Positions 38,650 to 51,842 of a DNA stretch of 64,000 nucleotides are shown here, in pieces. The position numbers and the translations under genes were made by a program. The notes below the pieces were generated by a model. It made no database searches. It saw nothing but the letters and a program-made list of their open reading frames with translations, and was not told the origin of the DNA. Source of the stretch: Mobula hypostoma (Eukaryota); contig NC_086118.1 in the NCBI RefSeq assembly GCF_963921235.1, positions 23,004,001-23,068,000 on the forward strand. Direction: 5' to 3'. The number at the start of each line of letters is the position of its first letter. Positions within the stretch are counted from its first letter, which is position 1.

Positions 38650-38745
38650 CAGCCCTGATGCAGGGTTTCATCCTGAAACTTCCATAATTTCTTTCCTCCC
38701 ACAGATGCTGCTTGACCCGTTGAGTTGCTCTGAAAGATTGTTTCT
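38650..38745 (+). mobile_element. Older Penelope-tail fragment with a degenerate hammerhead-like motif
   Basis: ccCTGATGcagggtttcatcctGAAAc followed by acagatgctgcttgacccgttgag; similar minus-strand copy at ~36670-36815. Confidence 0.55.
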
Positions 38746-39310
38746 TGGTTTCTTGCTCCTGGGGATCACTGATGAAAATGTGGAACTGAAACTGCAGGTT
38801 TTGGCCAAATCTCTGGTAGAGATGTAGCAATATGGCAACTTTGATGTTGAGGTAAGTGAGCCAGTCACATAAAAATGAAATTCATGCCAGACAAAGCTGT
38901 CAAAAGAGGGTTTTTTTGTGGGTATAACTAGCAGAGTATATAGGGAAGTAGTAGATATAGTATGTACGGATATTCAAAAGCATTCTGTAAATTGCTTTTC
39001 CAGATTGATTAACACAAAATGTATGATAGTTAATGAACTTTAATTGACAGTTGATTAATGGATAGAAAGTAAAACAGTGGGAAAACATGTCATTTTCATG
39101 TTGTCGAAGTGTAAATAATGGGGTAACTTAGGGATGAGTGCTTGGTCGTCAATCTTAACAACCTATTAGAAGACCTAGATGATGACAACATCTCAAGTTT
39201 TGTAGAAATTACAGAGCAAAGTTCAGAAGAAGCTGTGAGGAAAATCTAAGGATTTGATGCAAAGCGAATGGCAAAACAATTGAGTATCAAAGGAAGAGGG
39301 TTTGACTACT

Positions 39311-39396
39311 GGGTCTCAGCCTGAAACGTCGACTGCACCTCTTCCTAGAGATGCTGCCTGGCCTGCTGCGTTCACCAGCAACTTTGATGTGTGTTG
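39311..39396 (+). mobile_element. Short Penelope 3'-tail insertion
   Basis: gggtctcagcctgaaacgtcgactg...tgatgtgtgttg; TSD tttga(c/g)tact at 39301-39310 and 39397-39406. Confidence 0.85.
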
Positions 39397-39537
39397 TTTG
39401 AGTACTTATTGTTGGATATATTCAATGCTTGGTACTTTTGTGGCACAAATGTAATTTGTCACCTATAATCCCAAGCTTTAAAGTTGTCTAGATTTTGGTG
39501 CACGCAGTCATGGACAGCTTCATTTACTGAGGAGATG

Positions 39538-40230
39538 TTCAAAGTCCAAAGTAAATTTATTATCAAAGTATGTATATGTGGGTGTGTGTGTGTGCGTGTG
39601 TGTGTGTCTATGTGTGTGTGTGTGTGTGTGTGTGCGTGTGTCACCATATGCAACCATGAAAGGCAATTTCTAAATATAAGAAACAGAATAGAATCAATGA
39701 AAGACCACACCCAACACCTTGGACAGACAACCAATGTGCAAAGATACAACAAACTGTGCAAATACAAAAAGAAAGTAAAAATGAAACAATAAGTATGGAG
39801 AACATGAGAGGAAGAGTCCTTGAAAGTGAGTCTATCGGCGGTGGGAACAGTTCAGTGATTGGGCAAGTGAAGTTATCCCCTCTGGTCAAAGACCCTGATG
39901 GCTGAGGGGTAATAACTGTTCCTGAACCTAGTGGTGTGGGTCTTGAGGCTCCTGTACCTTTTTCTTGATGGTGAGGTCAGCATGGCCTGTATGGTGGGGG
40001 TCCTTGATGATGGATGCTGCTTTCCTGCAATGTCACTCCACATAGATGTGCTCAATGGTGGGGAGGGCTTTACCTGTGATAGACTGTGCTGTATCCATGA
40101 CTTTTTGTAGGCATTTCCTTTCAAGGGCATTGGTGATCCCATACCAAGCCTTCATGCAACTCTCTGACACACGTCTATTGTCAGAGTTTTAGATGACTTG
40201 CTGAATCTTCGCAAACTTTTAAGAGAGCAA
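39538..40230 (-). mobile_element. Rex1/Babar 3' fragment with a (GT)n microsatellite (~39582-39640) in its tail
   Basis: RYRSLKTHTTRFRNSYYPSAIR on the minus strand; Rex1 tail. Confidence 0.85.
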
Positions 40231-41421
40231 ATGATATGATTGGAATTACATATTTTATATGAAATAGCAAATGCCCTCACTTTGGCCTTGCAGATAAAAT
40301 TATTGATAAAGTAGCTGGTTGGACTGAGGTCATGTCCCTGGGAGGGTAAGCGAGTGAACAAGAATATTGCAGATAAGGTTTGAAGTAGACTTATGCATTT
40401 AGTAGAAAACGTTTAATAGTGGAGTTTTATTTAAAACGTAAGAGACTACTAAATGTTGGCATGAGAAGGAATGTGTGTGCCCTTCATCACAAATTACAGC
40501 AAGCATTTCAGAAGGCTAATGATATGTTAGTGTTTATTATGAAGAATGGAATTTTCAATCAGATGTTGAGACCACACCTGAATAAATTTATTTCCTGCCT
40601 GAGGAAGAATGTACTTGTCCTGGCAGGGTACAAATACAACTCTTTTAGGGTTTAACAGTGTGGTAAAAATGCCAGAAAGCTTTTAGCTGTTACTGGAGAT
40701 TCCAGACAGAACTACAGTTTAAGGAAAGTGGTCAACTGTTTAGAAATGAGATGAGATGATATAGCTCCACACATAGGGGTTAGAATTTTTGTAATTCTTT
40801 GACAACATTTGTATCCCACAAGTGCCAAGCACTGCGTAGTTCCAACAGGAGGGAGTCAAACTGTCTTCCTTTGATATCACCGAGACCTCACCACTGGCAT
40901 CCAGACTGTCACCATTGACCACAAATATAACTAGACCTGTCATGTAAATGTTGTGGCTACAAGAACACATCACAGGCTGTGACTCCTGTGCCTTTTGGCT
41001 CACTTCCCAAACCAAGCAATCCACAAGTTGGGAGTGCGGTGGAAGGTTTTCTATTTGCCTGTCTGGGTCAGGAAGCACAACAGCATCCAGGAAAAAGCAG
41101 CCTCATTGAGTGGGAAGCCATCCTCTGCACTACATATTCACTCACTCTACAAATGTGTGAAACATTTATAAGATGCATCACATTAAAGCATTCAGGAATA
41201 ATTTATACCACCAAGAAATAAAAGGTTTCAGATGCATGACAATACTACCACACTTTCCATCTTATGCACTACCTCAACTCGGAAATATTTCCCTAATCCA
41301 AAATGGCCACTGGGACTAAATCCTGGAATTTCTGTCTCCAACAGAACTTTGTGAGCATCTTCACCATATGAAATGCACCAGTTCACAAATGTTCATCAAA
41401 GTTCAAAGTGAATTTTATGAT

Positions 41422-42409
41422 CATCATCATCATCAGATGCCGTGCCCAGTTTGAGCTTTGACTGCCATGGCCCACACACTCCTGTTTCGGGTCAAGTGGA
41501 TCAATTCATTGGTATTCATTTCCAGTTCTCTGGCTGCTGTCTCCATCATCATTTATCTTTGTCTTCCTCTTGCTTTCTTCCCTTCAAACTTTCCCATAAT
41601 TACCCTGCATTCTAACTCCTCTTTCCTAATCACATGTCCAACGAAGTTACGTTGCCTTTTCATGATCTCATACATTATTTCTCTTTTTGTGTTTGCTCTG
41701 TTCATGACATCCTCGTTAGATATTCATTTCATCCATGATATTCTTTGCATCCTCCTCAAAAACTACATCTCTGCTGCTTCAATTCATTTCCTCATGTTAC
41801 TAGATATTGTCCAACATTCTGAGCCATATAACATAACAGGATAAATGTAACATTTCAGTACTCTGAGGCGGGTTGTCATGCCTAGCTTAGTATTGGTCAG
41901 TATACTCTTCATTCTCTGGATCTAGATTCGAAAGACCTCTGCCTAATTAGAAATCTGTACTGGGAACAAACTGCCGCTGTAAGAATATATGGAGAAGCGA
42001 GTCAGTTTACGAAAATCAAGAGAGGCATTAAACAAGGGTGTGTTTTCTCCCCTGATTTATTTAATGTGTACAGTGAAACAATGTTACAAAAAAATAAGAG
42101 ACATCTTGGGAATCAAAGTTGGCGGTGAAAACATCAATAATTTCAGATATGCGGATGACACTGTGTTAATTGCAAGTACGGAGGAAGAACTACAAAACTT
42201 AATTGATATAATTGTTGAAGAAAGTGCAGAAATGGGTCTATCTATCAATTGCAAAAAGACAGAATGTATGGTGATATCCAAAAAGAAGGAGAATCCTATC
42301 TGCAGGCTGAGAATAAATGGGGAAGACATAAAACAAGTTAGGAACTTTTGCTACTTAGGAAGCTGGGTGACATCAGTTGGCAGGTGCGACATGCACATCA
42401 AAAGAAATG
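41422..42409. mobile_element. RTE-clade LINE insertion with an inverted 5' part
   Basis: 41422-41915 (minus): RMKSIL...VMLYGSECWTI...GKKARGR with a (TGA)n tail; 41916-42405 (plus): RGIKQGCVFSP, NNFRYADDTVLIA, FCYLGS; TSD ttatgat at 41415-41421 and 42410-42416. Confidence 0.92.
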
Positions 42410-42416
42410 TTATGAT

Positions 42417-42955
42417 ACAAACCCAAGATTCATTTTCTTGTGGGCATACTCAGCAAATCTATAGATCAGTAGCTATAACAGGGTCAACAAAAGATCACCC
42501 AGAGAGCAGAAGACAACTAACTGTCCAAATGAAAATATAAATAAATAACAATAAATAATGAGAACAGAAAAGAATGAGATAAAGAGTCCTTAAAGTGAGA
42601 TCATTGGTTGTAGGAACTTTCAATGAGGGGGAAAGTGAGTATAGTTATTCCCTTTTATTCAAGGGCCTAATGGTTGAGAGGTATTAACTGTTCTTGAACG
42701 TGGTGATTTGAGTCCTGAGGCTCTTGTACTTTCTACCTGGTGGCAGCAGTGTGAGGAGAGCATGACCTGGGTGGTGGGGATCTCTGATGATGGGTGCTGA
42801 TTTCCTATGACAGCATTTCATGTAGATGCGTTCAATGGTTGTGTGGTCTTTATCCATGATGTCCTGGGCCAAATTCACTACCTTTTGTAAGATTTTTCAT
42901 TCAAAGGCATTGATGTTTCAATACCATGCCATGATGCAGCCAGTCAATAGACACT
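42417..42955 (-). mobile_element. Rex1/Babar 3' fragment; its extreme tail continues at ~41397-41414, beyond the RTE insertion
   Basis: IIRDPHHPGHALLTLLPPGRKYKSLRT. Confidence 0.85.
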
Positions 42956-43258
42956 GAAGTTTGAAATAAGTTATTACAGACTGGTTGTGTCAGCAAAATC
43001 CATGTTTCACTATTTTCTTTTGTATATAAAGGTAATTTCTTCAATTGCATCCTCTGGAACATCCCTTCTTCCTCAAATTTGTAATACAGTCAGAAGAATA
43101 CTGTATGTAGATTAATTTTGTGTGGAAGAATGAAATTTAATTTTTCTCTTTAATATGTATGAAACTAGACCTTCAATGTTCAAAGTTTGCAACAATGCAT
43201 TCCTTCAGACATACGTCAACAGATCACCACCTGCGTCCTCTGGTGTATGTGTTCTGTA

Positions 43259-43868
43259 TGTAACACTCGCTTTGCCTAGTGGCTTAATATAGGGGGTGAT
43301 AACCCCCTGCCCGGCCAAACTTTAAAAATCTCGTTTGGGTGGATGCTGTGCGATGTGTCCCCTGTTACAAATTAGTACCCCCGAAATAACAAACATTACA
43401 CAATATGCGATTAAACGATCAAGCTTTATAACTCTTACTTTGACTATATGGTTAGTAGAAAAACAAAATATAAAAGAAAAAGGGCCCAGATCATAAGATT
43501 TAATAATAAACAGTCTGTGCACAAAAGTTGGATTTCACGGCTTCCCCTTGCTAATCCTCCTTTGATCATCGCTGCCCCTTGGAGCCTTGCTCCGAGTCCA
43601 TCCCGTCTGGCGGTCTACCAAATCTCTCCATTCAGTTTTTCTTTCGTCATCTCTCCTCAACAAAACACCCCCGAAAAAACCCGGCTCCCAGACACACAAG
43701 AAAGAACAACATTTCTTCATTGGCTAATCGCTGCAATCCAAAACCCTGTTATCTCTAGCCAAAACCAAAACATTGCTGCTACAGAGAAACCATTACCTCA
43801 GCAGTGAACATTACAGAGAAGCCATTACATTAGCCTTAGCAGTGACACTTTACAAAGAAGCCATTACA
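43259..43868. mobile_element. Solo LTR (~610 bp)
   Basis: TGTAA...TTACA termini; 4-bp flanks tgta/tata (1 mismatch); three copies of an internal a(g/a)gaa(a/g)ccattac motif. Confidence 0.75.
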
Positions 43869-44004
43869 TATATATTGTGTATCCGCCCAGATATTGTAGT
43901 TTCACACAACAATGGAAAAGGGCAAGTAACTCATTCATCTTTGCTGCTGGTGACGCCAATAAGTTTATGTAACTGCACCAACACGCAACACCCTTCAATT
44001 AAAG

Positions 44005-44250
44005 CAGTTAGCATGACGCTATTACAGCTCGGGGCATAAGTGTTCAGAGTCCACTTCCGGCATCCTCTGTAAGAAGTATGTGTGTCCTTATCACGAGCAC
44101 GCAGATTTCCTCTGGTGCTGCTGTTTCCTCCCACACTGCATTGACATACAGGTTGGTATGCTAATTGATCACTGTAAATTGTCCTGTGATTAGTCTAGGG
44201 TTCAGTAGGTGGGCTGCCTGGTGAAACAGCCTGTTCCACGCTATAAATAA
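44005..44250 (+). mobile_element. V-SINE-like SINE
   Basis: tttcctctggtgctgctgtttcctcccacactgca...ctaattgatcactgtaaattgtcc. Confidence 0.7.
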
Positions 44251-45509
44251 AGTTATTCACTAATGCGGACTCAAATGTTCACAAAATTGATGTGGATTTA
44301 CCAGAGCAAGAGCTCCTGTGATGGAATGTGTATACACAGCAAAAAAAAAATTGTAGGCAAAAATAACACACAGTTTGCATAATTGTGGTCTGCATGAGTA
44401 ACCAGCACCTTACAATCTAGGTAACATTTCTAGAGTAGATAAACACAAGTGTTTTTAGAACGATGTGGCTGTGAAAGTGGAATATTATCCAGAAGTCCAA
44501 AATGATTATCAGTGAAAAGATCTTGTCCTAAAAATTGTACCAGGACATACATGCTTAAACTAGCAATATGGAATGGTCAATTCAGGTTCAGTAGGTCTCA
44601 CTGCAGTGTTCTACTGTGCACAATACACAAGGCCACATGAGCAAACAAAGCAGCCTTACAAAATTTGTGAGTACAAAGACTTCTCACCTGTTAACTTTGC
44701 CAGTGTTATTGAAAGAATTCAGAGAGGTTTTAAACTGGTGATCTATTATTGTTTTGTAGCTAAAAGATAATGGGAAGAGTCATCGCTTTAGTCAGAAGAG
44801 GAGTATAATCAAAATGTCAAGCGCCAGTTTGAGATGTCAGTCAACCCGGTTGGGGTTGGGGTTCTGATCAAATCCTAGAAATGTCAGCACGATAGAAACA
44901 AATACAACTTCAGGATTTCTGTTCCATGCACCATGTTGTATGACAAAATTGAGATAAATACCTTAATTTGCCTAATTTATGCTATTTCTTAACTAATACT
45001 GCTGTTAAATCATTTTGCTTTGTTCCATGAGACCTGGGTAGGTTTTCAATTGTGCACTCAATTATAAATATCCTAAATTTTTTTAACAAGAACTCTGAAT
45101 ACAAAACACAACTTTTTAAGTGGCCTGACTTCTCAGAAAAATGATTCAAAATATAAGAGATTCTGACAGAATAATAGCATGCTACAGTTTCTAAATACAT
45201 GGGAATGTATCAGTCTGTCTTGACACTTGGCTGTTTTTGTTTCCTAGTTTGCTATTTATGGGAATTCCTTCAACAAGTATGAGAAATGGGAAAATTCCAA
45301 TCATGGATATTACAAGTTTTTTTTAATGAGGGCTTCCTTTGAGGTTTGACACTGGCTATACATTTTGCCCCAAGATGCCATAGAGAAGGGAGTCAATGAT
45401 AAATGCCAAAAGAATGTTTTCTTCTATAACACAATGAGCATGGTTCTGCCTCAGGACCATGCCTCTCTGGACTAATTCCTCTGAAAGGCATCAACAACAA
45501 TGCTTTTAC

Positions 45510-46360
45510 AGATCCACCCAATCAATGGATGGTGCAGTTAATTTGGCAACAACACAACTATTCATGGGGAATTTCAGATGGTGATGAGGAAGTGTACATA
45601 AGCAAGGTTGATCAGCCAGTTGAGCGTGTAACAGCAACAACCTTGCACTCTATGTTAGTAATACCGAGGAATTGATTGTGGGTTTCAGGAAGGGGAAGTC
45701 AAGGGAACACACACTAATCCACATTGGGGGATCAGGTGGAAAGGATGAGCAATTTAAAGTTCTGGGTGTTAATATCTCTGAGTATCTATTCTGGACTCAA
45801 CGTTTTGAAGCAATTACAAAAGAGAGCACAACAGCAGCTACATTTCATTAGGATTTTGAGGAAAATTGGTATGTCACCAAAGACTCTTACAAATTTCTAT
45901 AGATGTATCACTTTCTAACAGGTTGTACCACTGCCTGGTTTGGAGGGGCGACTGCTCATGATTGGAATTCTGAACGGAGTCAGCTTCATCATAGGCACTA
46001 GTTCTCCAGCACTGAGGACATCTTCAAAAGGCGGCATCCATAATTAAGGTAGTCATCACCCAGGACATGCCCTCTTCTCATTGTTACCATCAAGGAAGAG
46101 GTACAGGAGCCTGAAGACACGCACTCAATGTTTTAAGAATAACTTCTACCGCCGTCAGATTTCTGAATGGACAATGAACTCCTATACACTACATCAATTT
46201 TTTTTCTCTGTTTTTGCACAATTCATTTAATTTAATTTAAAATGTGTATTTACTATTGTAATTTATAGTTTTTAAAAATTATGTTTATTTCAAAGCACTG
46301 CTGCCACAAAACAACAAATTTCATGACACATGCCAGTGGTAATAAATCTGATTCTGATTC
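45510..46360 (+). mobile_element. Rex1/Babar LINE 3' fragment
   Basis: AQQQLHFIRILRKIGMSPKTLTNFYRC; (ctgatt)n tail. Confidence 0.82.
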
Positions 46361-47192
46361 GCCTAATGATTTCATAACATCACGATTAATTGATTCTATT
46401 TTCACACATAGTGTAAGTGTATGGAGGATCAAAGAAAGGTGAGCAAAATCTTTAGTAAAGTTTTGTTGCAAATTTATTCAAAAATGTCATCATTCAAATG
46501 GTTGTGGTTTTGAAATTTAATGAGAAAAATGTGTGTGAAAGAAAATTATTATTAAACAATCAGTGTGGATTGGAGCAGATTGGATGCCTGAACTTTCTGC
46601 ATATCCTGTTACAATCAGATAACCAATGTTGGACTGCCAGCATGTTAGACCAATCTAGAGAATGCCTTAATACAGTTACTTTTAAATAAAGAGTCAACAT
46701 TCCTTATTGGTCGTCTCCTCACCAAACTATTCATAATTTATTTGCTATGAAATGAAATGTATTTGGCTTAATATAAATTTAACAGTGTGAAGTAGAACTT
46801 GCTTTTTCCAAGAATGTTCTGTTTTTTAAAATATTATGGACGTCAGAATTGCCTGCAAAAGATCTAAGTTTTTGATATGGAGATTTTTTCTATTAGCTAC
46901 CGATGAATAAAAAATTGGAGGGAATGTTTTTGTGGCTTGTGTTAGCATTGTTTTACGCAATTGGTTCAAAAAGCATCTGTGAAAATGTTAAGTGTAAATG
47001 TCAGTTTGTTGAAGTTGAGTTTCTACATTTTTTGTATGAATTTGAAATAAAAGAATGCTTCCCCCCAACTAGGCAAGAGCTTTGAAATCAAATTAACAAC
47101 AGCTTGAATAATTAACTCTCATTTGCTGTCCACAGATGCTGCCCAATCTGGTGAGCATTTCCAGCGGTTCCTATGTTTTTTACTTCAGATTT

Positions 47193-47753
47193 GGGGTGTG
47201 TGGGGTGTCAGGGAGGGGTAGCACATCTGGTGGGGGAACATGTCGCGTCCTTTTCAGGGCAGTTAGTCCACCTTTGGTCCCCACCTGGCATTCAGCTCTC
47301 ACCTGTGGCTCCCCATAGCTGTTTGCATGCGACAGCGGCCACACCCTGGACAACGGCTTCGACAAGCCGGCTAAACCAGGTGAGGGTAGCCGACGGGTCT
47401 CAAACCCTCGGTGTGATAGGGAGTTGTCTATCCCAGCATGTGAAGACAGACTCTGGCAGATTGAGCGGACAAGACCAATGGAAGGCCCAACGGTCAAGAA
47501 GGCAGCCTCTGCAGTGTCGTGGAACGTGTTAGAGCAAGACAAGAAACAGAAGAAGTCCTGGTCATCCACTGCGCCTAGTCCCATCTCCAGCCGTCTCGAC
47601 TCTGTCTTGCCACTGGATCCAGATGGGAATTGGGAAGAGAGAGTGAGGCTGACGCTGCGCAACTCTCCCTCATTTAAATCCAAATCACGCGCTAGTCTCG
47701 ACACCATCATAATGCTGCCGGAGTCCTCATCGACGTCAACGATGGACGAACAA
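47193..47753 (+). mobile_element. 561-bp GC-rich TSD-flanked retroposon, probably a non-autonomous RTE derivative
   Basis: Perfect 11-bp TSD acttcagattt at 47182-47192 and 47754-47764; inserted into an old Penelope tail; no recognisable protein or tRNA head; strand is a guess. Confidence 0.7.
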
Positions 47754-47897
47754 ACTTCAGATTTACATAATCTGCACTCTTTACCCTTCAACGTAATCAA
47801 TGTTAAATATTAATCTTAATTAGATTTGCTAGGAGCCTTTAATATATGATTTTTTTTAATTTCCAGTGTCTGTCACAGTTTACCTTTTACACAAATA

Positions 47898-49790
47898 TTA
47901 GACCATAAGACCATAAGATCTAGGAGTAGAATTACGCCATTTGACCTATAGTGTCTGCTCACCATTCAATCATGGCTGATTTATTATCCTTCTCAACCCC
48001 ATTCTCCTCCCTTCTCCCCATAACTTTTGATGCCCTGATTAAACAAGAACCTATCAACCTCTGCCTTAAAAATACCCATTGACTTGGCCTGCACAGCTGT
48101 CTGTGGCAAAGAATTCTTTTGGCTAAAGAAATTTTTCCTTCTCCTTTTCCGTTCTAAATGGACGTCCCTCAATTCTGAGGCTGTGTCCTTTGGTCTTGTA
48201 CTCCCCAACTACAAGAAATATCCTCTCCACATCCACTCCATGCAGACCTTTTAATATTCAATCAGTTTCAATGAGATCCCTCCTCGATCTTCTAAACTCC
48301 AGGCCCAGCGCCATCAATCACTCCTCATATGTTAACCTTCTCATTCCTGAGAACATTTTTGATAACCACTTCTGGACCATCTCCAATGCTAATACCTGTA
48401 TATCCTTTTCCAAAGGTCTACTAAAAATCCAATTAAACAACATCCATTGACTCTCTTTTGTCTGTTAGCCTGTTATTTCCTCAAAAACTTCCAACAGATT
48501 TGTCAAGCAAGATTTCCCCTTTAAAAAACCATTCTGACTTTGGCTTATTTTATCATCTGCCTCCAAGTACCTCGAAACCTCATCCTTAATAATAGACTAC
48601 AACATCTTTCCCACCAGTGAACTCAGGCTAACTGACCTATAATTTTCTTTCTTCTGCCTCCCTCCCTTCGTAAGAGTGGAGTGTCATTTTCAATTTTCCA
48701 GTCTTCAGGAACCATTCCAGGATCTAGTGATTCTTGAAAGATCATTACTAATGCCTCCATAATCTCTTCTGCTACCTCTTACAGTACCCTGGGGTGTAGT
48801 CCATCTCACCCAGGTGACATACCTATCTTCAAACTTTTCAGCTTCCCAAGCACCTTCTCCTTAGTAGTAGCAATGACACTCACTTCTGCTCCTGACACCC
48901 TCGTATTTCTGGCATTCTGCTAGTGTCTTCCATAGCAAAGACAGGTGCAAAATACTATGAAGTTTCTCTACCATATCTTTGTCCCCCTTTACTACCACTC
49001 CAGTTTCATTTTCCAGTGGTCAAATTTCCACTCTCATCTCTCTTTCAATCCTTGTATATCTGAAAATCTTTTATATTATTGGCTAGTTACTTTCGTATTT
49101 CATCCTTTTTCTCTTTATGGCTTTCTTAGTTGCCTTCTGTTGGTTTTTAAAAACTTCCCAATCCTCTACTTTCCCACTATTTTTTGCTACACTTTATGTC
49201 CTCAGTTTTGCTTTTATGCCATCTTTGACTTCCCTTGTCAGTCACAGTTGTTTCATCCTCCCTTTAGAATAATTCTTCATCTTTGGAATGTATCTTTCTT
49301 GCATCTTTTGAATTCCCCACCACCCCAGATGCTGTACTGCCATCATCCTGCTTGTGTCTGTTCTCTTCCAATCAACTTTGGCCAATTCCTCTCTCACGCC
49401 TCTGCAATTCCTTTTACTCCATTGCAATACTGATACATCCGATATTATATTCTCCATCTCAAGCCACAGGGTGATTCCTATCACATTATGATCACTGCCT
49501 CTAAAGGGTTCCTTTACTTTAAGCTTCCTAATCAAATCTGGGTCATTGCATAACACCCAATCCGGAATGCCATTCTCCTAGTGAGCTCAACCACAAAGCC
49601 ATCTCATTAGTATTCAACAAATTTCCTCTCTTGATATCCACCACCAACTGGATTTTCCCAGTCTATCTGCATATTAAAATCCCCCATGATTATTGCAACA
49701 TTGCCTTCTTGCATTTCTTTTCTCTCTCCCATTGTAATTTGTAGTCCATATCTTGGCTACTGTTTGGAGACCTGGATATAACTCCCATCA
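47898..49790 (-). mobile_element. Decayed CR1 LINE with internal deletions
   Basis: (agaccata)n tail; RGSDHNVI, EELAKVDWK and FKAEVDRFL remnants. Confidence 0.85.
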
Positions 49791-49969
49791 TCTTATATTA
49801 TTTTCTATTATGTTTATGTATCTGTAATTTTTCTCTCAATTGCATATAAATTTAACAACTACATACTAACTGTTTTGCTCCTAGGGGAGACCAGAAAATC
49901 TAATTACAAGGTTTATTTTTGTGACAAACCTACTTTCAGTTATACAAGGGAAACCACACTAAGTTAACA

Positions 49970-51050
49970 TTCAATAGTTCAATAGTTCCATATAATATCA
50001 GAAATGTATACAAAAATACAACCTAAATTTCTTATTCTCCGCAGATATCCTTGAAACAGAAGAAAATGAATGATGGAAAAAATGTATGAACCCTAAAGCC
50101 TGTTGCCCCCCTCCCACACACAAGCAGCAGTAAACAGCATCAAACCCTCCCCGACTTACACTTTATACCTTATTGTCGCCAAACAATTGATACTAGAACG
50201 TACAATCATCACAGCGATATTTGATTCTGCGCTTCCCGCTCCCTGGATTACAAATCTATAGTAAATATTAAACATTTAAATTATAAATCATAAATATAAA
50301 ATAGAAAAATGGAAAATAAGGTAGTGCAAAAAATCTGAGAGGCAGGTCCGGATAATTGGAGGGTACGACCTAGATCCGGGTCAGGATCCATTCAGCAGTC
50401 TTATCACAGATGGAAAGAAGCTGTTCCCAAATCTGGCCGTACAAGTCTTCAAGCTCCTGAGCCTTCTCCCGGAGGGAAGAGGGACAAAAGGTGTGTTGGC
50501 TGGGTGGGTCATGTCCTTGATTATCCTGGCAGCACTGCTCTGATAGCGTGCGGTGTAAAGTGAGTCCAAGGACGGAAGATTAGTTTGTGTGATTTGCTGC
50601 GCCGTGTTCACGATCTTCTGCAGCTTCTTTCGGTCTTGGACAGGACAACTTCCATACCAGGTTGTAATGCACCCTAGAAGAATGACTTCCCTAGCGTGAC
50701 TTCCCCACTTATTCTAGCATAAAGCATCAGCCTTCCCACCACCCATTAAGCCAGCAACAGCAAAGCCCCCAAGGAGAGACCATCGTCTACTGTCCATCAA
50801 AAACTAACTGTTCACTCCAACATTTTCAACGTCCCGCAGGCATTCTCTCTCACTAATAAGGGTGAAACAGCTATTGCTCCTTCCACAGCGAGAGGGAGGG
50901 GAGACAACGGTCGCTATTTCGATGTTAGTCAGTCTAAAGTGTTGTCTTTTATTTAGAGTTCCCCAACTCGAGAATCAGCAGCAAACTCTCCCTCACCATC
51001 AAAAGAAAGAGAAAGAGATCAATACTGAGTGCTGAGCCCTCCAACAGTCA
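49970..51050 (-). mobile_element. Copy of the 16873-17686 non-coding retroposon family, interrupted by a Rex1 fragment (~50157-50685)
   Basis: tcagaaatgtatacaaaatacaacctaaatttctt...ccctaaagcc similarity; nested AARIIKDMTHP...LPSGRRLRSL...NSFFPSVIRLLN. Confidence 0.65.
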
Positions 51051-51619
51051 GTCAAGCTGTCTTTAGAACATAGAATAGTACAGCACAGTACCATTGGCCT
51101 TTGGCTCACAATGTTGTGCTGACCCTTAAACCCTGCCTCCCATATAACCCCCAGCTTAAATTCTTCCATATACCTGTCTAGTAGTCTCTTAAATTTCACT
51201 AGTATATCTTTGATTTTCCGTGTATTCTTAAGTATATCAATCTCATTATTAAGCATATCAATGAATATTTTATGAAATCACACTTTAACAGAATTTCCAA
51301 AGTGCACTAATTCATAGCAGATTTAATTTTAGGTGATACACAAATATGCTTAAAGCCCTTTTACCTAAAGGAAAAAAAATTAAAATGAGTTAACTGAGGC
51401 TGCTATTTACTCAATTGTCATATTATGTCAGCAAATTAGAAATGAATCTGAAATAGTTCTAAGGAAGTGAGAAAATATAACTAATTTTTGAACAATGCTT
51501 TAGGATGCTTCTTTGAAATATAAATTGTTGCTTATTTTAATTGGTTCATCAGGATTAAGATATTTTAACTTCAATGCATAGCTAAGGTTCAATGATTTAA
51601 TGAACTAGTAAAAAGCCAA

Positions 51620-51842
51620 AGGAGGGAGGGAGGGGAGGAATGTCGACTCAAACCATGAGAGGCCTGCGTCGGACATTTTCATTGGAAGTCTGTGTGGGGC
51701 GCCACTCCTTGCACAGACACTAGAGCAATGTGTGGTTAAGTGCCTTGCTTAAGGACACAAACACGCTGCCACAGCTGAGGCTCGAACTAGCAACTTTCAG
51801 ATCACCAGACGAACGCCTTAACCACTTGACCACGTGCCCAAC
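51620..51842 (-). mobile_element. tRNA-derived SINE with the same head and centre as 31109-31421 but a different tail
   Basis: Box A TGGTCAAGTGG, box B GTTCGAGCC; TSD aaaaagccaa at 51610-51619 and 51843-51852. Confidence 0.88.

Noticed and set aside
47180..47813. 206-aa, 129-aa and 119-aa ORFs
   Set aside because: They cross the TSD boundaries of a GC-rich insertion and have no known motif; likely chance ORFs.
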